Source: an uncultured Verrucomicrobiae bacterium (GTDB lineage: Bacteria; Verrucomicrobiota; Verrucomicrobiia; Chthoniobacterales; JAATET01). Taken from it: a stretch of 64,000 nt of DNA. The notes below the pieces were generated by a model, which saw only the letters and a program-made list of their open reading frames with translations, was not told the origin of the DNA and did not search any database. The DNA is taken from contig CAVRCI010000002.1 of NCBI GenBank assembly GCA_963719495.1, positions 192,001 through 256,000 of the forward strand. The letters are read 5' to 3'. Numbering within the stretch: position 1 is the stretch's first letter; the number at the start of each line of letters is the position of its first letter. Made by a program: the position numbers and the translations under genes. Positions 40,692-50,084 of this stretch are shown here, one piece after another.

Positions 40692-43040
40692 TCACCCGGC
40701 AAGCGTCTTCGCCGCCGCGTCGGCGTCGGGGGATGGCGTGATGCGGATGATGACGCTTTTGCTGGTGGGGGTGTTGCTCTCGTCGGCGGTGCTGCGAAGT
40801 GGGACGAGCACGTTGGTTTCCGGGAAATAGGTCGCGGTGCAGCGGGTGGGGAGATTGAACGGAGCGACTTGAAAGTGTCGGGCGTGCCGCTCCTCACCGT
40901 CGAACTCGCTGGTGAGGTCGACAATTTGTCCCTGCTGGAGCCCGGCCTCCTTCATATCGGCGGGATTCATGAAGACGACGCGACGGCCGTTGTGGATGCC
41001 ACGGTAGCGGTCGTCGAGGCCGTAGATGGTCGTGTTGAACTGATCGTGGGATCGGATCGTCATCATGACGTAGCGACCCTCGGGAATGGGGATGGCCTCG
41101 AAGGGCGTGGTCGAAAAGCGGGCCTTGCCCGTGGCGGTTCGGAATTCGCGCGCGTCGCGAGCCGGATTCGGGAGGTAAAAAATGTCCTTTTTGATACGCG
41201 CGTTGAAGTCTTCGAAGCCCGGGATGACCCGCTCGATGTGGTCGCGGATGCGGTCGTAATCGCCTTCGAGCGCGGGCCAATCGGCGGCGGTCGTGTCGCC
41301 GAGGACGGCGCGGGCGAGTCGGCAGACGATCGCGGGTTCGCTCAGCAGATCGGGGCTGGCGGGGCGCAGGTGGCCGCGGGACGGATTGATGACGCCCATG
41401 GAATCCTCGACGGTCACGAATTGATCGCCGCTGGCCTGGCGGTCGATCTCGGACCGGCCGAGGCAGGGGAGGATGAGGGCGGTGCGGCCGGTGATGAGGT
41501 GGGCGCGGTTGAGCTTGGTCGACACGTGCGCGGTGAGCGAGCAGCGTTGGAGGGCCGCGGCGGTAAACTCCGTGTCGGGCGTAGCGGAGAGAAAATTCCC
41601 GCCCAGCGCGAAAAAGACGCGGATCGGCCCGTCGTGCATCTGTTGGATGGCTTCGACTGTGTCGACGCCGTGTTTGGCCGGCGCATCGAACCGAAACTCC
41701 CGCCCGAGGTCGTCCATGAAGCGGCGATACATTTTCTCCCAGATGCCCATCGTTCGGTCGCCCTGGACGTTCGAGTGACCGCGGACCGGGCAGGGGCCCG
41801 CACCCTCGCGTCCGATGTGGCCGCCGAGTAGCAAAAAATTGACGACCTCTTTGATGGTCGCCACGGAGTTTTTGTGTTGGGTGAGTCCCATGGCCCAGCA
41901 GCAGATGATGCGTTTCGAACGGATCGCGATCGCGGCGGCTTTCTGAATCTGCTCGCGGGTGAGTCCGCTCGTGTCGGTGATTTCGTCCCAATCGGTGGCG
42001 CGCAGGGTGGCGAGGAAGGCGTCGAATCCATCCGTGTGGGTGGCGATGAAGTCGCGGTCGAACACGGCCGTGCCCGCGTCCTCGGCGGCGAGCATTTCCT
42101 TCATGATTCCGCGCAGGGCGGCCTGGTCGCCGTTGATGCGGACCGGGAGCCACAGATCGGTGAGCGTGGTCGCGCGGTTGAGCAGCATCGTGCCCGGCAA
42201 TTTGAGGATGTTCGGATACTCTTCCGGGTTTGGGTTGACGACCCGCATGAGGCCGGGCTCGGGCATGGGGTTGAGCGAAACGATGGTCGCGCCGCGCTCT
42301 TTGGCGTGCTGGAGCGACGTGAGCATGCGGGGGTGATTCGTCCCGGGATTCTGGCCGATGATGAAGAGGCAATCCGCCTTCTCGAAGTCGTCGAGCGTCA
42401 CGCAACCCTTGCCGACGCCGATGGTCTCGTTGAGGGCCGCGCCGCTCGATTCGTGGCACATGTTCGAGCAATCGGGCAGGTTGTTCGTGCCGAAGAGGCG
42501 GGCGAAGAGCTGATAGAGGAACGCGGCCTCGTTGCTGGCCCGGCCGCTCGTGTAGAAGGCGGCGGCGTCGGGCGTCGGCAGGGATTTTAACTCCTCACCG
42601 AGCAGCGTGAAGGCGTCGTCCCACGCGATCGGCTCGTAGTGGGTGGCGTCGGGACGGCGGACCATCGGGTGGGCGAGGCGGCCCTGCTTTTCCATCCAAT
42701 GATCGCTCTGGGCGGCGAGGTCGGCGATGGAATGCTCGGCGAAAAACTTGGGCGTGATGAGCTTGCGGGTCGCTTCGCTGGCGAGGGCCTTGGCTCCGTT
42801 TTCGCAGAACTCGAAGGTGTGGCGGTCGGCATCGGGGCTTGGCCAGGCGCAGCTTTGGCAATCGAAGCCGTCCTTTTGGTTCACTTTCGCCCAGGTCGAA
42901 AGACCGCGGATGACGCCGCTTTCGCGGGCCATGAATTTGAGGCTCTGCCAGACGGCGGGCATTCCGGCGGCGGTCTGGTGGGGGTGGCGTTGGTCGGCGG
43001 CCTTTGGTTCTTCGGGTGGCTGGGCTCCGGGGATGTTCAT
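40692..43040 (-). CDS. FdhF/YdeP-family molybdopterin oxidoreductase
   Basis: GFDCQSCAWP, EFCENGAKA, FYTSGRASNE, NLPDCSNMCHE, RGHSNVQGDRTMG, RSHDQFNTTIYG. Confidence 0.93.
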   Translation of the reverse strand: MNIPGAQPPEEPKAADQRHPHQTAAGMPAVWQSLKFMARESGVIRGLSTWAKVNQKDGFDCQSCAWPSPDADRHTFEFCENGAKALASEATRKLITPKFFAEHSIADLAAQSDHWMEKQGRLAHPMVRRPDATHYEPIAWDDAFTLLGEELKSLPTPDAAAFYTSGRASNEAAFLYQLFARLFGTNNLPDCSNMCHESSGAALNETIGVGKGCVTLDDFEKADCLFIIGQNPGTNHPRMLTSLQHAKERGATIVSLNPMPEPGLMRVVNPNPEEYPNILKLPGTMLLNRATTLTDLWLPVRINGDQAALRGIMKEMLAAEDAGTAVFDRDFIATHTDGFDAFLATLRATDWDEITDTSGLTREQIQKAAAIAIRSKRIICCWAMGLTQHKNSVATIKEVVNFLLLGGHIGREGAGPCPVRGHSNVQGDRTMGIWEKMYRRFMDDLGREFRFDAPAKHGVDTVEAIQQMHDGPIRVFFALGGNFLSATPDTEFTAAALQRCSLTAHVSTKLNRAHLITGRTALILPCLGRSEIDRQASGDQFVTVEDSMGVINPSRGHLRPASPDLLSEPAIVCRLARAVLGDTTAADWPALEGDYDRIRDHIERVIPGFEDFNARIKKDIFYLPNPARDAREFRTATGKARFSTTPFEAIPIPEGRYVMMTIRSHDQFNTTIYGLDDRYRGIHNGRRVVFMNPADMKEAGLQQGQIVDLTSEFDGEERHARHFQVAPFNLPTRCTATYFPETNVLVPLRSTADESNTPTSKSVIIRITPSPDADAAAKTLAG

Positions 43041-43091
43041 TGGCCGGAGGTTCTCACGAGGAACGTGTGGGCGAGAAGAGAAAGACTACGA

Positions 43092-43931
43092 TTAGGAGAA
43101 TGAGGGGATGCGGTGGCCGCCGGTGTAGACGTTGAATCGTCCGTCGCGGACGAATCCGATGAGGGTCGCGTCGTGGGCTTGGGCGAGTTCGACGGCGAGA
43201 CTGGACGGTGCGCCGACCGCGGCCAGGGTAGGAATGCCGGCGGCGAGCGCCTTTTGGATCAACTCGTAGCCGGCGCGGCTGCTGACGAAGAGAATCGTGT
43301 CGGCGAACGGAGGGGCGTCTCCGGCGAGGAGGCGCGAGCCGATGACTTTGTCGACGGCGTTGTGTCGGCCGATGTCCTCACGGTGATCGAGGAGGGTGCC
43401 GTTCGCGTTGAAGAGGGCGGCGGCGTGAATGCCGCCGGTCTGGTCGAAGTTGGCCTGCGCGGCGCGGAGTTTTGCGGGAAGGCCGTGGATGGTGTCGGCG
43501 CGGACGGGAGTGGTGGAATCGGGCTTGGGAAAGGCGTAGACGAGGTCGCCGAGAGAGGATTTGCCGCAGGTGCCGCAGGCGGCGGTGGCACCGAAGTTGC
43601 GATTGGCGCGGGTGAGGTCGACGGGGTTGTCGGGATGGAGTTCGACGCGGACGCGATCGGATGCGGTGTCGATGTAGGCGATGGCGGATGGGTCGGTGAC
43701 GATCTGCTCGGCGAAGAGGAAACCGACGGCGAGGGCTTCATCGTCGCCGGGGGTTCGGAGGGTGACGGAGATCGTGCGGTGGACGCGGTGACCGTCGCGG
43801 GTGAAGCCGAGTTCGATAGCCAGGGGTTCTTCGGTGGCGAGGACGTCGGTGGCGGGCGTGCTGGTGGTGCCGGTGTGGCGGCGGATCTGGCAGCGGCGGG
43901 TGGAGGATTCTTCGGGATAGTTGGCGATCAT
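43092..43931 (-). CDS. fdhD: Formate dehydrogenase accessory sulfurtransferase
   Basis: EEPLAI, RTPGDD, CGTCG, TGGIHAAAL, REDIGRHNAVDKVIG, SSRAGYELIQKA. Confidence 0.93.
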   Translation of the reverse strand: MIANYPEESSTRRCQIRRHTGTTSTPATDVLATEEPLAIELGFTRDGHRVHRTISVTLRTPGDDEALAVGFLFAEQIVTDPSAIAYIDTASDRVRVELHPDNPVDLTRANRNFGATAACGTCGKSSLGDLVYAFPKPDSTTPVRADTIHGLPAKLRAAQANFDQTGGIHAAALFNANGTLLDHREDIGRHNAVDKVIGSRLLAGDAPPFADTILFVSSRAGYELIQKALAAGIPTLAAVGAPSSLAVELAQAHDATLIGFVRDGRFNVYTGGHRIPSFS

Positions 43932-44187
43932 CGTTCGAGGTCGGAGCTTTGCGGGATCGGGCTGGGGTGCGAAGCGGAATCCGGCGGAGGGGATGAGGGT
44001 AGGGTGGCCGCGCCGCGGGTGGCCACTTTGGTTATGGGATGCGTGGGGTGAAGCTGGATCGCCGGTGGGCGCGATCGATGTGGCAGGATGGCGCGTTTCG
44101 GATCGTCGGTCGCGCTGGGAGAGGATCACGGCACCCGGGGCCCGGCTGCCCTACCAGCTTTTTGGACGAGGGGGCGGCGATGCCGCC

Positions 44188-45882
44188 TTAGACTCGGAAG
44201 ATGGCGCCGAGTTTCTTGCCGAGGATGAGGCTGGCTCCGAGGATGGTGATTCCGAGGAAGACCATGGCCCAGACGCCGAGGGCGCTGGCGATGAAGCGGC
44301 CTTCGCCTAGGAGCTGATACAACTCGTAGATCGCTTTGGTGATCGGGAAATCTTCCTGCTTCTGCGCGAGGATGAGGCTGTCGCTGACCTCCAGCATGGC
44401 GAACGAGAAGGCGAGGAGGCCGCCGGCCATGAGGTTGGCGGCGATGAGGGGAATGGTGATCTTGCGGAGCGTTTTGAGCGGAGGGCAGCCGAGGTTTTGA
44501 GCGGCTTCCTCCAGGGTGACGCTCGTTTGCTCGAAGCCGGCGGCGGCCGAGCGGACGACGTAGGGGAGGCGGCGGACGGCGTAGGCGATCACGAGGATGA
44601 GAAACGGGTCGATGGCGGGGTTCATGAACCCGAAGAGTTTGCCTTCCTGGGTCATCGCGAGGTAGCCGAATGCGAGGACGAGGCCGGGGACGGCTAGCGG
44701 GAGCATGGCCATGGCGTCGAGGATCTGACGCCCCGGGAGTTTGGTGCGGACGACGACGTAGGCGATGGCGATGCCGAGGACGATGTCGATGAGGGTCGCG
44801 AAGCCCGCGTATTTGAGGGAATTCTGAATCGAGGGGAGCGTGAGGTTGTGGCCGAGGGCGGCCTCGAAGTGTCCGAGCGTCCAGCCGGTCGGGAGGATCG
44901 TCCCATACCAATCGCCGGAGACGGAGACGAGGATGACGCCGATGTGCGGGAGGACGGCGATGAAGGTGACGAAGACGAAGGCCGCGGTGCAGAGCCAGGC
45001 TTTGCCGGGCGGGAGTGGTTTCGGGCCGCCGACGGAGGTCGCTTTGGCCATCATCGCGTGGGCGCTGCGGCCGAAGAAAAACTTGCTGACGGCGTAGGCG
45101 ATGACGGTCGCGAAGAGCATGACGGCGACGAGGGCGAACGGGAACGGGTTCCCGCCGATGTCCTTGATGCCGGAGAAGATCTGGACCGAGGTGACGCGGG
45201 TGAATTCGAACATGAGGGGGACGCCGAGTTCGGTGAAGGCCCAGATGAAGACGATGGTGCCGCCGGCGAAGAGGCCCGGCATGATGAGCGGGAGGGTGAT
45301 GATGCGGAATTTCCGGAAGCCCGTGCAGCCGAGATTCTCGGCGGCCTCTTCCATGGCCGGGTCGACGTTCGCGAGGGCGGCGACGAGGTTGAGGTAGAGG
45401 ATCGGGTAGAGGTGGAGAGCGTTCATGATGACCACGCCGGTGAGGCGGCTTTCGCCGAGCCAGTCGACGGGGTGGAGCGCGTTCATGAGACCGAGGGATT
45501 CGAGGAAGGCGTTGAGGGCGCCTTCCTGACCGAGAATTTGTTTCACCCCGATGGCTCCAACGAAGGGCGGGAGGATCATTGGGATGAGGACCATCGCGCC
45601 GAGGAGCGTCTTGCCGGGGAAGAGGAAACGGTCGGTGAGAAAGGCGAGGGGGAGGGCGATGGCGAGGGCGAGCAGCGTCGAGAAGACGGCCATGAGGAAG
45701 GAATTCCAGAGGCCTTCGAGGTAGATCGGGTTCTGGAAGACCTCGGCAACGTAGGCAAGGGTGAAGCCGCCGTCGGGGAGAAAGAACGCGCCGCCGAGCG
45801 TCTCGACGATCGGGTAGAGGAAGAAGAACGCGAAGAACGTCGCGGTGAGCGCGTAGATCGTGAGGGCGAGGGACTTGCTCAT
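44188..45882 (-). CDS. Fe3+-type ABC transporter permease (two TM domains)
   Basis: Two EAA motifs (MEEAAENLG, LEEAAQNLG); PMILPPFVGA. Confidence 0.88.
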   Translation of the reverse strand: MSKSLALTIYALTATFFAFFFLYPIVETLGGAFFLPDGGFTLAYVAEVFQNPIYLEGLWNSFLMAVFSTLLALAIALPLAFLTDRFLFPGKTLLGAMVLIPMILPPFVGAIGVKQILGQEGALNAFLESLGLMNALHPVDWLGESRLTGVVIMNALHLYPILYLNLVAALANVDPAMEEAAENLGCTGFRKFRIITLPLIMPGLFAGGTIVFIWAFTELGVPLMFEFTRVTSVQIFSGIKDIGGNPFPFALVAVMLFATVIAYAVSKFFFGRSAHAMMAKATSVGGPKPLPPGKAWLCTAAFVFVTFIAVLPHIGVILVSVSGDWYGTILPTGWTLGHFEAALGHNLTLPSIQNSLKYAGFATLIDIVLGIAIAYVVVRTKLPGRQILDAMAMLPLAVPGLVLAFGYLAMTQEGKLFGFMNPAIDPFLILVIAYAVRRLPYVVRSAAAGFEQTSVTLEEAAQNLGCPPLKTLRKITIPLIAANLMAGGLLAFSFAMLEVSDSLILAQKQEDFPITKAIYELYQLLGEGRFIASALGVWAMVFLGITILGASLILGKKLGAIFRV

Positions 45883-45979
45883 TCGAGAGAATTAGTCATT
45901 GGAAATGCGCAATGAGAAAGGGTTGGCGGGCGGGTGGTCGTGAATTGATGTCTGTGGGCTTGGTGGGGGCGGTGGGGGG

Positions 45980-47602
45980 TCAAGGTGCGGCTTCGCCGTT
46001 GGGTTGGGTCGGCAGCCGGAGCGAAGCGGAGACAGGCGAAGCCAATTGCAAATCGCCGCTCGTTGACTGGAGCGGCTCGCCGGCTTCGCCGGGGTTGGCG
46101 GTCTTCGGCGGCTGGAAGCCGTCTCTCCTTGAAGCAGCTTCCGCCAATTCTTTGGCTTCCCGGTATTGCTTGCGGAAGTGGTCTCCGAGTTGCTTGGCCA
46201 GCTTCACTTCCACGAGGCGGTCGGGGTTTTTCAGGGTGGGTTTGATGACGTCCATTGCCTGTTGGTAGTCGACGGCGCTGATGTCGGTGAACTTTGCCAC
46301 GGCCTCGGATGGGAAGTCGGCGTCGATGATGGCTTTCCAGGCGGCGGCCTGCTCGTCGTGGGCGTCGAGGCAGGTGACGCGGATGATGAAACGGAGCGGG
46401 GAGAAGAGCGGGGCCGTCCAGGCTTCGTGGTAGGTGAAGAATTTGGCCTCCTCGTAGGGGAGGACTTCGGGGTCGGAGCGGAATTTGGTGAACTCGGGGG
46501 TGTAGAGTTCCTTGCGGACGGGGAGTCGGCGGAGGGCGTATTTGACGGGGCCACCGGGGGTGCCGACCTCGAAGTTCCAGAGCTTCTGACCTTCCAGCGA
46601 GAGGACGAATTCGATGAAGGCCTCCGCGACCGCTTTGTTGGGTGCTCCGCGGAGGAGGCCGATCGGATCGACGCCGACCGATGAGCCGCCGACGGGGGTG
46701 AAGTAGCCCATGCGGGACGGCTGGTCGCCAATTTTCACGGCTTCGCTCTGGAAGCGTCCGTAGAAATCGATGCACATCCCGATGGCCGCGTCGCCGAGCG
46801 AGACGTCCATCGGGACTTTGCCGGCGGATTCGGTGAAGTAGCGGGCGTTGGCGGAGGCTTTGAGGATGAGTTGGAGCCCGAGTTCCCAGCCTTTGGCGAT
46901 GGATTCGGGGGTCTCGTCCTCGAGGTCGACCTCCCGCTGCATCTGCTGCTGAATGACCATTTCGAAGGCTTTGGCGGCGGAGCCGGATTTCGTGGGATCG
47001 GCGAGGGCGACCTGTTTGAAGAAGAGCGGATCGGTGAGATCTTGCCAGCCGCTGGGGAGCTCCTTCACTCCCAGGCGCTCGAGGGAGTCGACGTTGTAAC
47101 AGATGCCGAAGGACGAGAGGCAGGTGCCGATCCACGCTCCGTCGGGGTCGTAGTAGGGTTCGCCGGAGACGGAGAGTGGGATGGTGGCTTCGTTGAACCA
47201 CTCGGGGTGCGTCTTGATGACGTCGCTGGGGACGAGGCGGCCGGCGGCGGCCTGGACCATGAAGTCGAACGCGCCGCCGCCGAAGAAGAGGTCGATGCCG
47301 ATGCCGGCGGTCGCGCCGCCGACGCGCTCGTCGGCGGTGAGGAATTCCGACTGGAGGTAGCGCGCGATTTCGCTGGTGCCGCCGACGAGGCGCCAATCGA
47401 CGCGGACGGTGCGGCCGGTCTTCGCCTGGTAGTATTCGGCGAACGCCCGGGCGAACTCGAAACGAATGGCTTCGTTGTGCGGCGTGACGATGACGACCGT
47501 GTCGTCGGCGGCGGCCAGGAGATTCTCGGTCGGGCGCAGGGCGAAGGGAACGCCGACAACGGAGACCAGCGCGAGGATGACGAGGATGATGCGGAGTTTC
47601 AT
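45980..47602 (-). CDS. ABC transporter substrate-binding protein (Fe3+/thiamine-like); C-terminal tail derived from REP DNA
   Basis: Signal anchor; IVTPHNEAIRFEF, DLFFGGG, LADPTKSGS, FVLSLEGQKLW. Confidence 0.82.
   Translation of the reverse strand: MKLRIILVILALVSVVGVPFALRPTENLLAAADDTVVIVTPHNEAIRFEFARAFAEYYQAKTGRTVRVDWRLVGGTSEIARYLQSEFLTADERVGGATAGIGIDLFFGGGAFDFMVQAAAGRLVPSDVIKTHPEWFNEATIPLSVSGEPYYDPDGAWIGTCLSSFGICYNVDSLERLGVKELPSGWQDLTDPLFFKQVALADPTKSGSAAKAFEMVIQQQMQREVDLEDETPESIAKGWELGLQLILKASANARYFTESAGKVPMDVSLGDAAIGMCIDFYGRFQSEAVKIGDQPSRMGYFTPVGGSSVGVDPIGLLRGAPNKAVAEAFIEFVLSLEGQKLWNFEVGTPGGPVKYALRRLPVRKELYTPEFTKFRSDPEVLPYEEAKFFTYHEAWTAPLFSPLRFIIRVTCLDAHDEQAAAWKAIIDADFPSEAVAKFTDISAVDYQQAMDVIKPTLKNPDRLVEVKLAKQLGDHFRKQYREAKELAEAASRRDGFQPPKTANPGEAGEPLQSTSGDLQLASPVSASLRLPTQPNGEAAP
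46010..46133. repeat. REP doublet with nested 30-bp insert
   Basis: cggc[agccggagcgaagcggagacaggcgaagcc]aattgcaaatcgccgctcgttga ... ttcggcggctggaagccgtctctccttgaa; same layout as 5611-5696. Confidence 0.8.
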
Positions 47603-47676
47603 CGCCGGAACTCTGCGATTAGGCGGTTTGGAGCGGCGATCTGGGAGCGCCGACGCGTCGACTCCTTGGCAAGCGA

Positions 47677-47701
47677 CCGGCGGTCACAGGCCGCCGCTAC
47701 A
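47677..47701. repeat. GTAG-type REP-like palindrome
   Basis: Minus strand reads tgtagcggcggcctgtgaccgccgg. Confidence 0.55.
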
Positions 47702-47720
47702 GGAAGCTGGATCGTGCGCC

Positions 47721-48779
47721 TCACTTCCGGATGATGACGACGTCGTCGCGGTGGGCGGTGGCGTGGAGGTCGCGGTCGGCGGAGCGGTGGGTGAGATCGG
47801 GGTTGAGCTCGAAGATCTTGAGCGACTCGGGGCCGGACTGGAATTGGTATTGGGCGACCTCGCCGAGGTAGATGGATTCGCCGATGCGGCCGGGGACGGA
47901 ATTTTCGCCGCCCGGATTGTCGCGGATGGTCCAGGCCTCCGGGCGGATCGAAAGAGTCACCGCCTCGCCGGTGGCGGGGGTCCAGTCGGTCTCGGCGACG
48001 ACGCCTTCGAACGTGCCGATGGCCGTTTCGACGGCGGTGCCGTGGGTTATTTTTCCGCTGATGAAATTGGTTTCCCCGATGAAGTCGGCGACGACGCGGG
48101 ACGTCGGGCGACGGTAGACGTCGGTCGGGGTGCCGATCTGGGCGATGTGGCCGCCTTCGAGGATGGCCATGCGGTCGGAGATCGAGAGGGCTTCCTTCTG
48201 GTCGTGGGTGACGTAGATGGCCGTGAGGCCGAATTCCTTGCAGATGCGACGGATCTCGGTGCGCATCTTGAGGCGGAGCTTGGCGTCGAGGTTCGAGAGG
48301 GGTTCGTCGAGGAGGAGGCAGCGAGGGCGGATGACGAGAGCGCGCGCCAGGGCGACGCGTTGCTGCTGGCCGCCGGAGAGCTGGCCGATCTTGCGCTCGG
48401 CGTAGGCGTCCATGTGGACGGAGGCGAGGGCTTCCTTCACGCGGGATTCGATCTCGGGCTTGGCGACCTTTCGCTCGACGAGGCCGAACGCGACATTTTG
48501 CGCGACGGTCATGTGCGGCCAGAGGGCGTAGCTCTGAAACATCATCCCGGTGTTGCGCTGGTGGGGTGGCAGGCGGGTGACGTCGTCGTCGTTGAAGAGG
48601 ATGCGACCGCCGTCCGGAACGTAGAAGCCAGCGATGTTGCGAAGAAGCGTCGTTTTCCCGCAGCCGCTGGGGCCAAGGAGGAAGAAAAGCTCGCCGGGTT
48701 CGATGCGGAAGGTGAGGCCGTCGAGTGCGACGTTGCCGCCGAATTTCTTCGTGAGATTCTCGATCGAAATGGAAATCAT
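47721..48779 (-). CDS. ABC transporter ATP-binding protein (FbpC/PotA-like)
   Basis: GPSGCGKT, FQSYALWPHMTV, LSGGQQQRVALARAL, LLLDEP, YVTHDQ; TOBE-like C-terminus. Confidence 0.93.
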   Translation of the reverse strand: MISISIENLTKKFGGNVALDGLTFRIEPGELFFLLGPSGCGKTTLLRNIAGFYVPDGGRILFNDDDVTRLPPHQRNTGMMFQSYALWPHMTVAQNVAFGLVERKVAKPEIESRVKEALASVHMDAYAERKIGQLSGGQQQRVALARALVIRPRCLLLDEPLSNLDAKLRLKMRTEIRRICKEFGLTAIYVTHDQKEALSISDRMAILEGGHIAQIGTPTDVYRRPTSRVVADFIGETNFISGKITHGTAVETAIGTFEGVVAETDWTPATGEAVTLSIRPEAWTIRDNPGGENSVPGRIGESIYLGEVAQYQFQSGPESLKIFELNPDLTHRSADRDLHATAHRDDVVIIRK

Positions 48780-48860
48780 GCTGGGCGGAGTCTGGCTAAC
48801 GGATTTGCGGGGTTCACGCAACTCCCGATGCGCTGGGGAAGCAGGCTTCGGGCCGATTGG

Positions 48861-50020
48861 CAGGGTCTTTCGTTATGGGGACTCGAGAGGCAAGGATGTT
48901 GAAGGTGGCCCGAGGGTTGGAATCGAGAAGTTCGCGGATTTGAGGGAGGGAGTGGTCGGGGATAGTGTCGGCGAGTCGGGCGAGCAGGGCGCTGCGCAGA
49001 AGGGCAAGGTTGGCCAGGGCGTTGGGGTTGCGGGCGCGGTCCTAGCCCAGAAGGGCGTCGCGGTGCCAGTGGTTGCGGTTCTCGACTCCGGCCCCAGTGA
49101 CCGCGGATGAGGTCGAGCCATTGGGCGCTGGTGCAATGTCCGGGCGGGGCGCTGGAGAGGTGGTAGCGGGTTTCGGTGGAGGTGGCGGCGGATTTTTTCA
49201 GGGTTTGCTCGCAGCGCTGGGTGCCTTTCTTTCTGGTCGTAGACGGCGATGGCTTGGGGGGAGCCGTCTTCGTGCTGGGCGAGGGTCACTCCACCCGGCG
49301 CGGCGATGAGCGCACCCCGGCACTCGGGCGGCAACTCGCAGGCCCGCAGCCGCGCGCGGTCCCCGACCTCCAACTCTCGCAGCCAGAGCTTCTTGGGACG
49401 CTCGTTGGGGATGTAGAAGTCCGCCCGGTGCCGACTGTATCCCTCGCTCATTCCCACCGCCTCCCAGTTGCTGGCCACAATAACAGGTGCCCGCGTGGCT
49501 CTCCGGGTCGGTGAAACTTTCCGCCAAAAGCGGCCGGTAGCCAAAGCGCTCCAGCCATTGTCCTGGCAAGGCTCTCAACGCCGCTCCCATCGCCGCGCTG
49601 GCCAGATTGGGCTCCTGGCCCTTGGCCGCGAGCACCAGAAAGCGGCGGTTCTGCACGATCAACTTGAGCCGTTCCACGCGATGCGGCGAGCTCCAGCCAA
49701 TCCACAGATCCCGATCCTTGAGCGCGTAGCAGCTCGGTCCCCACACCAGTAGGGCCACCGCCCGCCCTTCGATCTCCACAATCTGCGGCCGGCTATCACC
49801 CACCGTTCGCCCCGCTCCCAAGTGATGATGCTCCCTTAAACTCTCGTCAAAACTGGCCACTTCTTCCGCCGTGGCCACTCGGGCTTCCAACTTCTGCCGC
49901 TTCTTCGATGGTGTTGTGTCTTTCATCCCACTCCATCCCATCGCCAAACGCTCTTTTTGTTTACCAAAAACGACCGCTCATCTCTCTCAATGACTTACGT
50001 CCGCAAAAAATTAGACCTTG
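48861..50020 (-). mobile_element. Degenerate ISAs1-family element with N-terminal DUF4338 (DruA-like) domain; frameshifted and internally deleted
   Basis: RDLWIGW, QNRRFL, PNLAS, AESFTDP..AGTCY then frameshift to ASNW; later ETRYHLSS..IRGHW..VENRNHWHRD..(stop)D..NALANLALLR; weak terminal IRs CAGGGTCT (48861) / CAAGGTCT (50020, reverse). Confidence 0.82.
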
Positions 50021-50084
50021 GGTTGAGGGTTGATTGCTTTCGGCAAATCGTGATTCGCGGCCCTTTACCGGCTACTCCTCCGCA

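Noticed and set aside
40692..43040. Selenocysteine formate dehydrogenase
   Set aside because: The ORF is uninterrupted with Cys in CSNMCHE; no in-frame TGA.
48873..49947. Druantia anti-phage system
   Set aside because: Only a frameshifted DUF4338-like domain joined to ISAs1 fragments; no DruE helicase or other dru genes.
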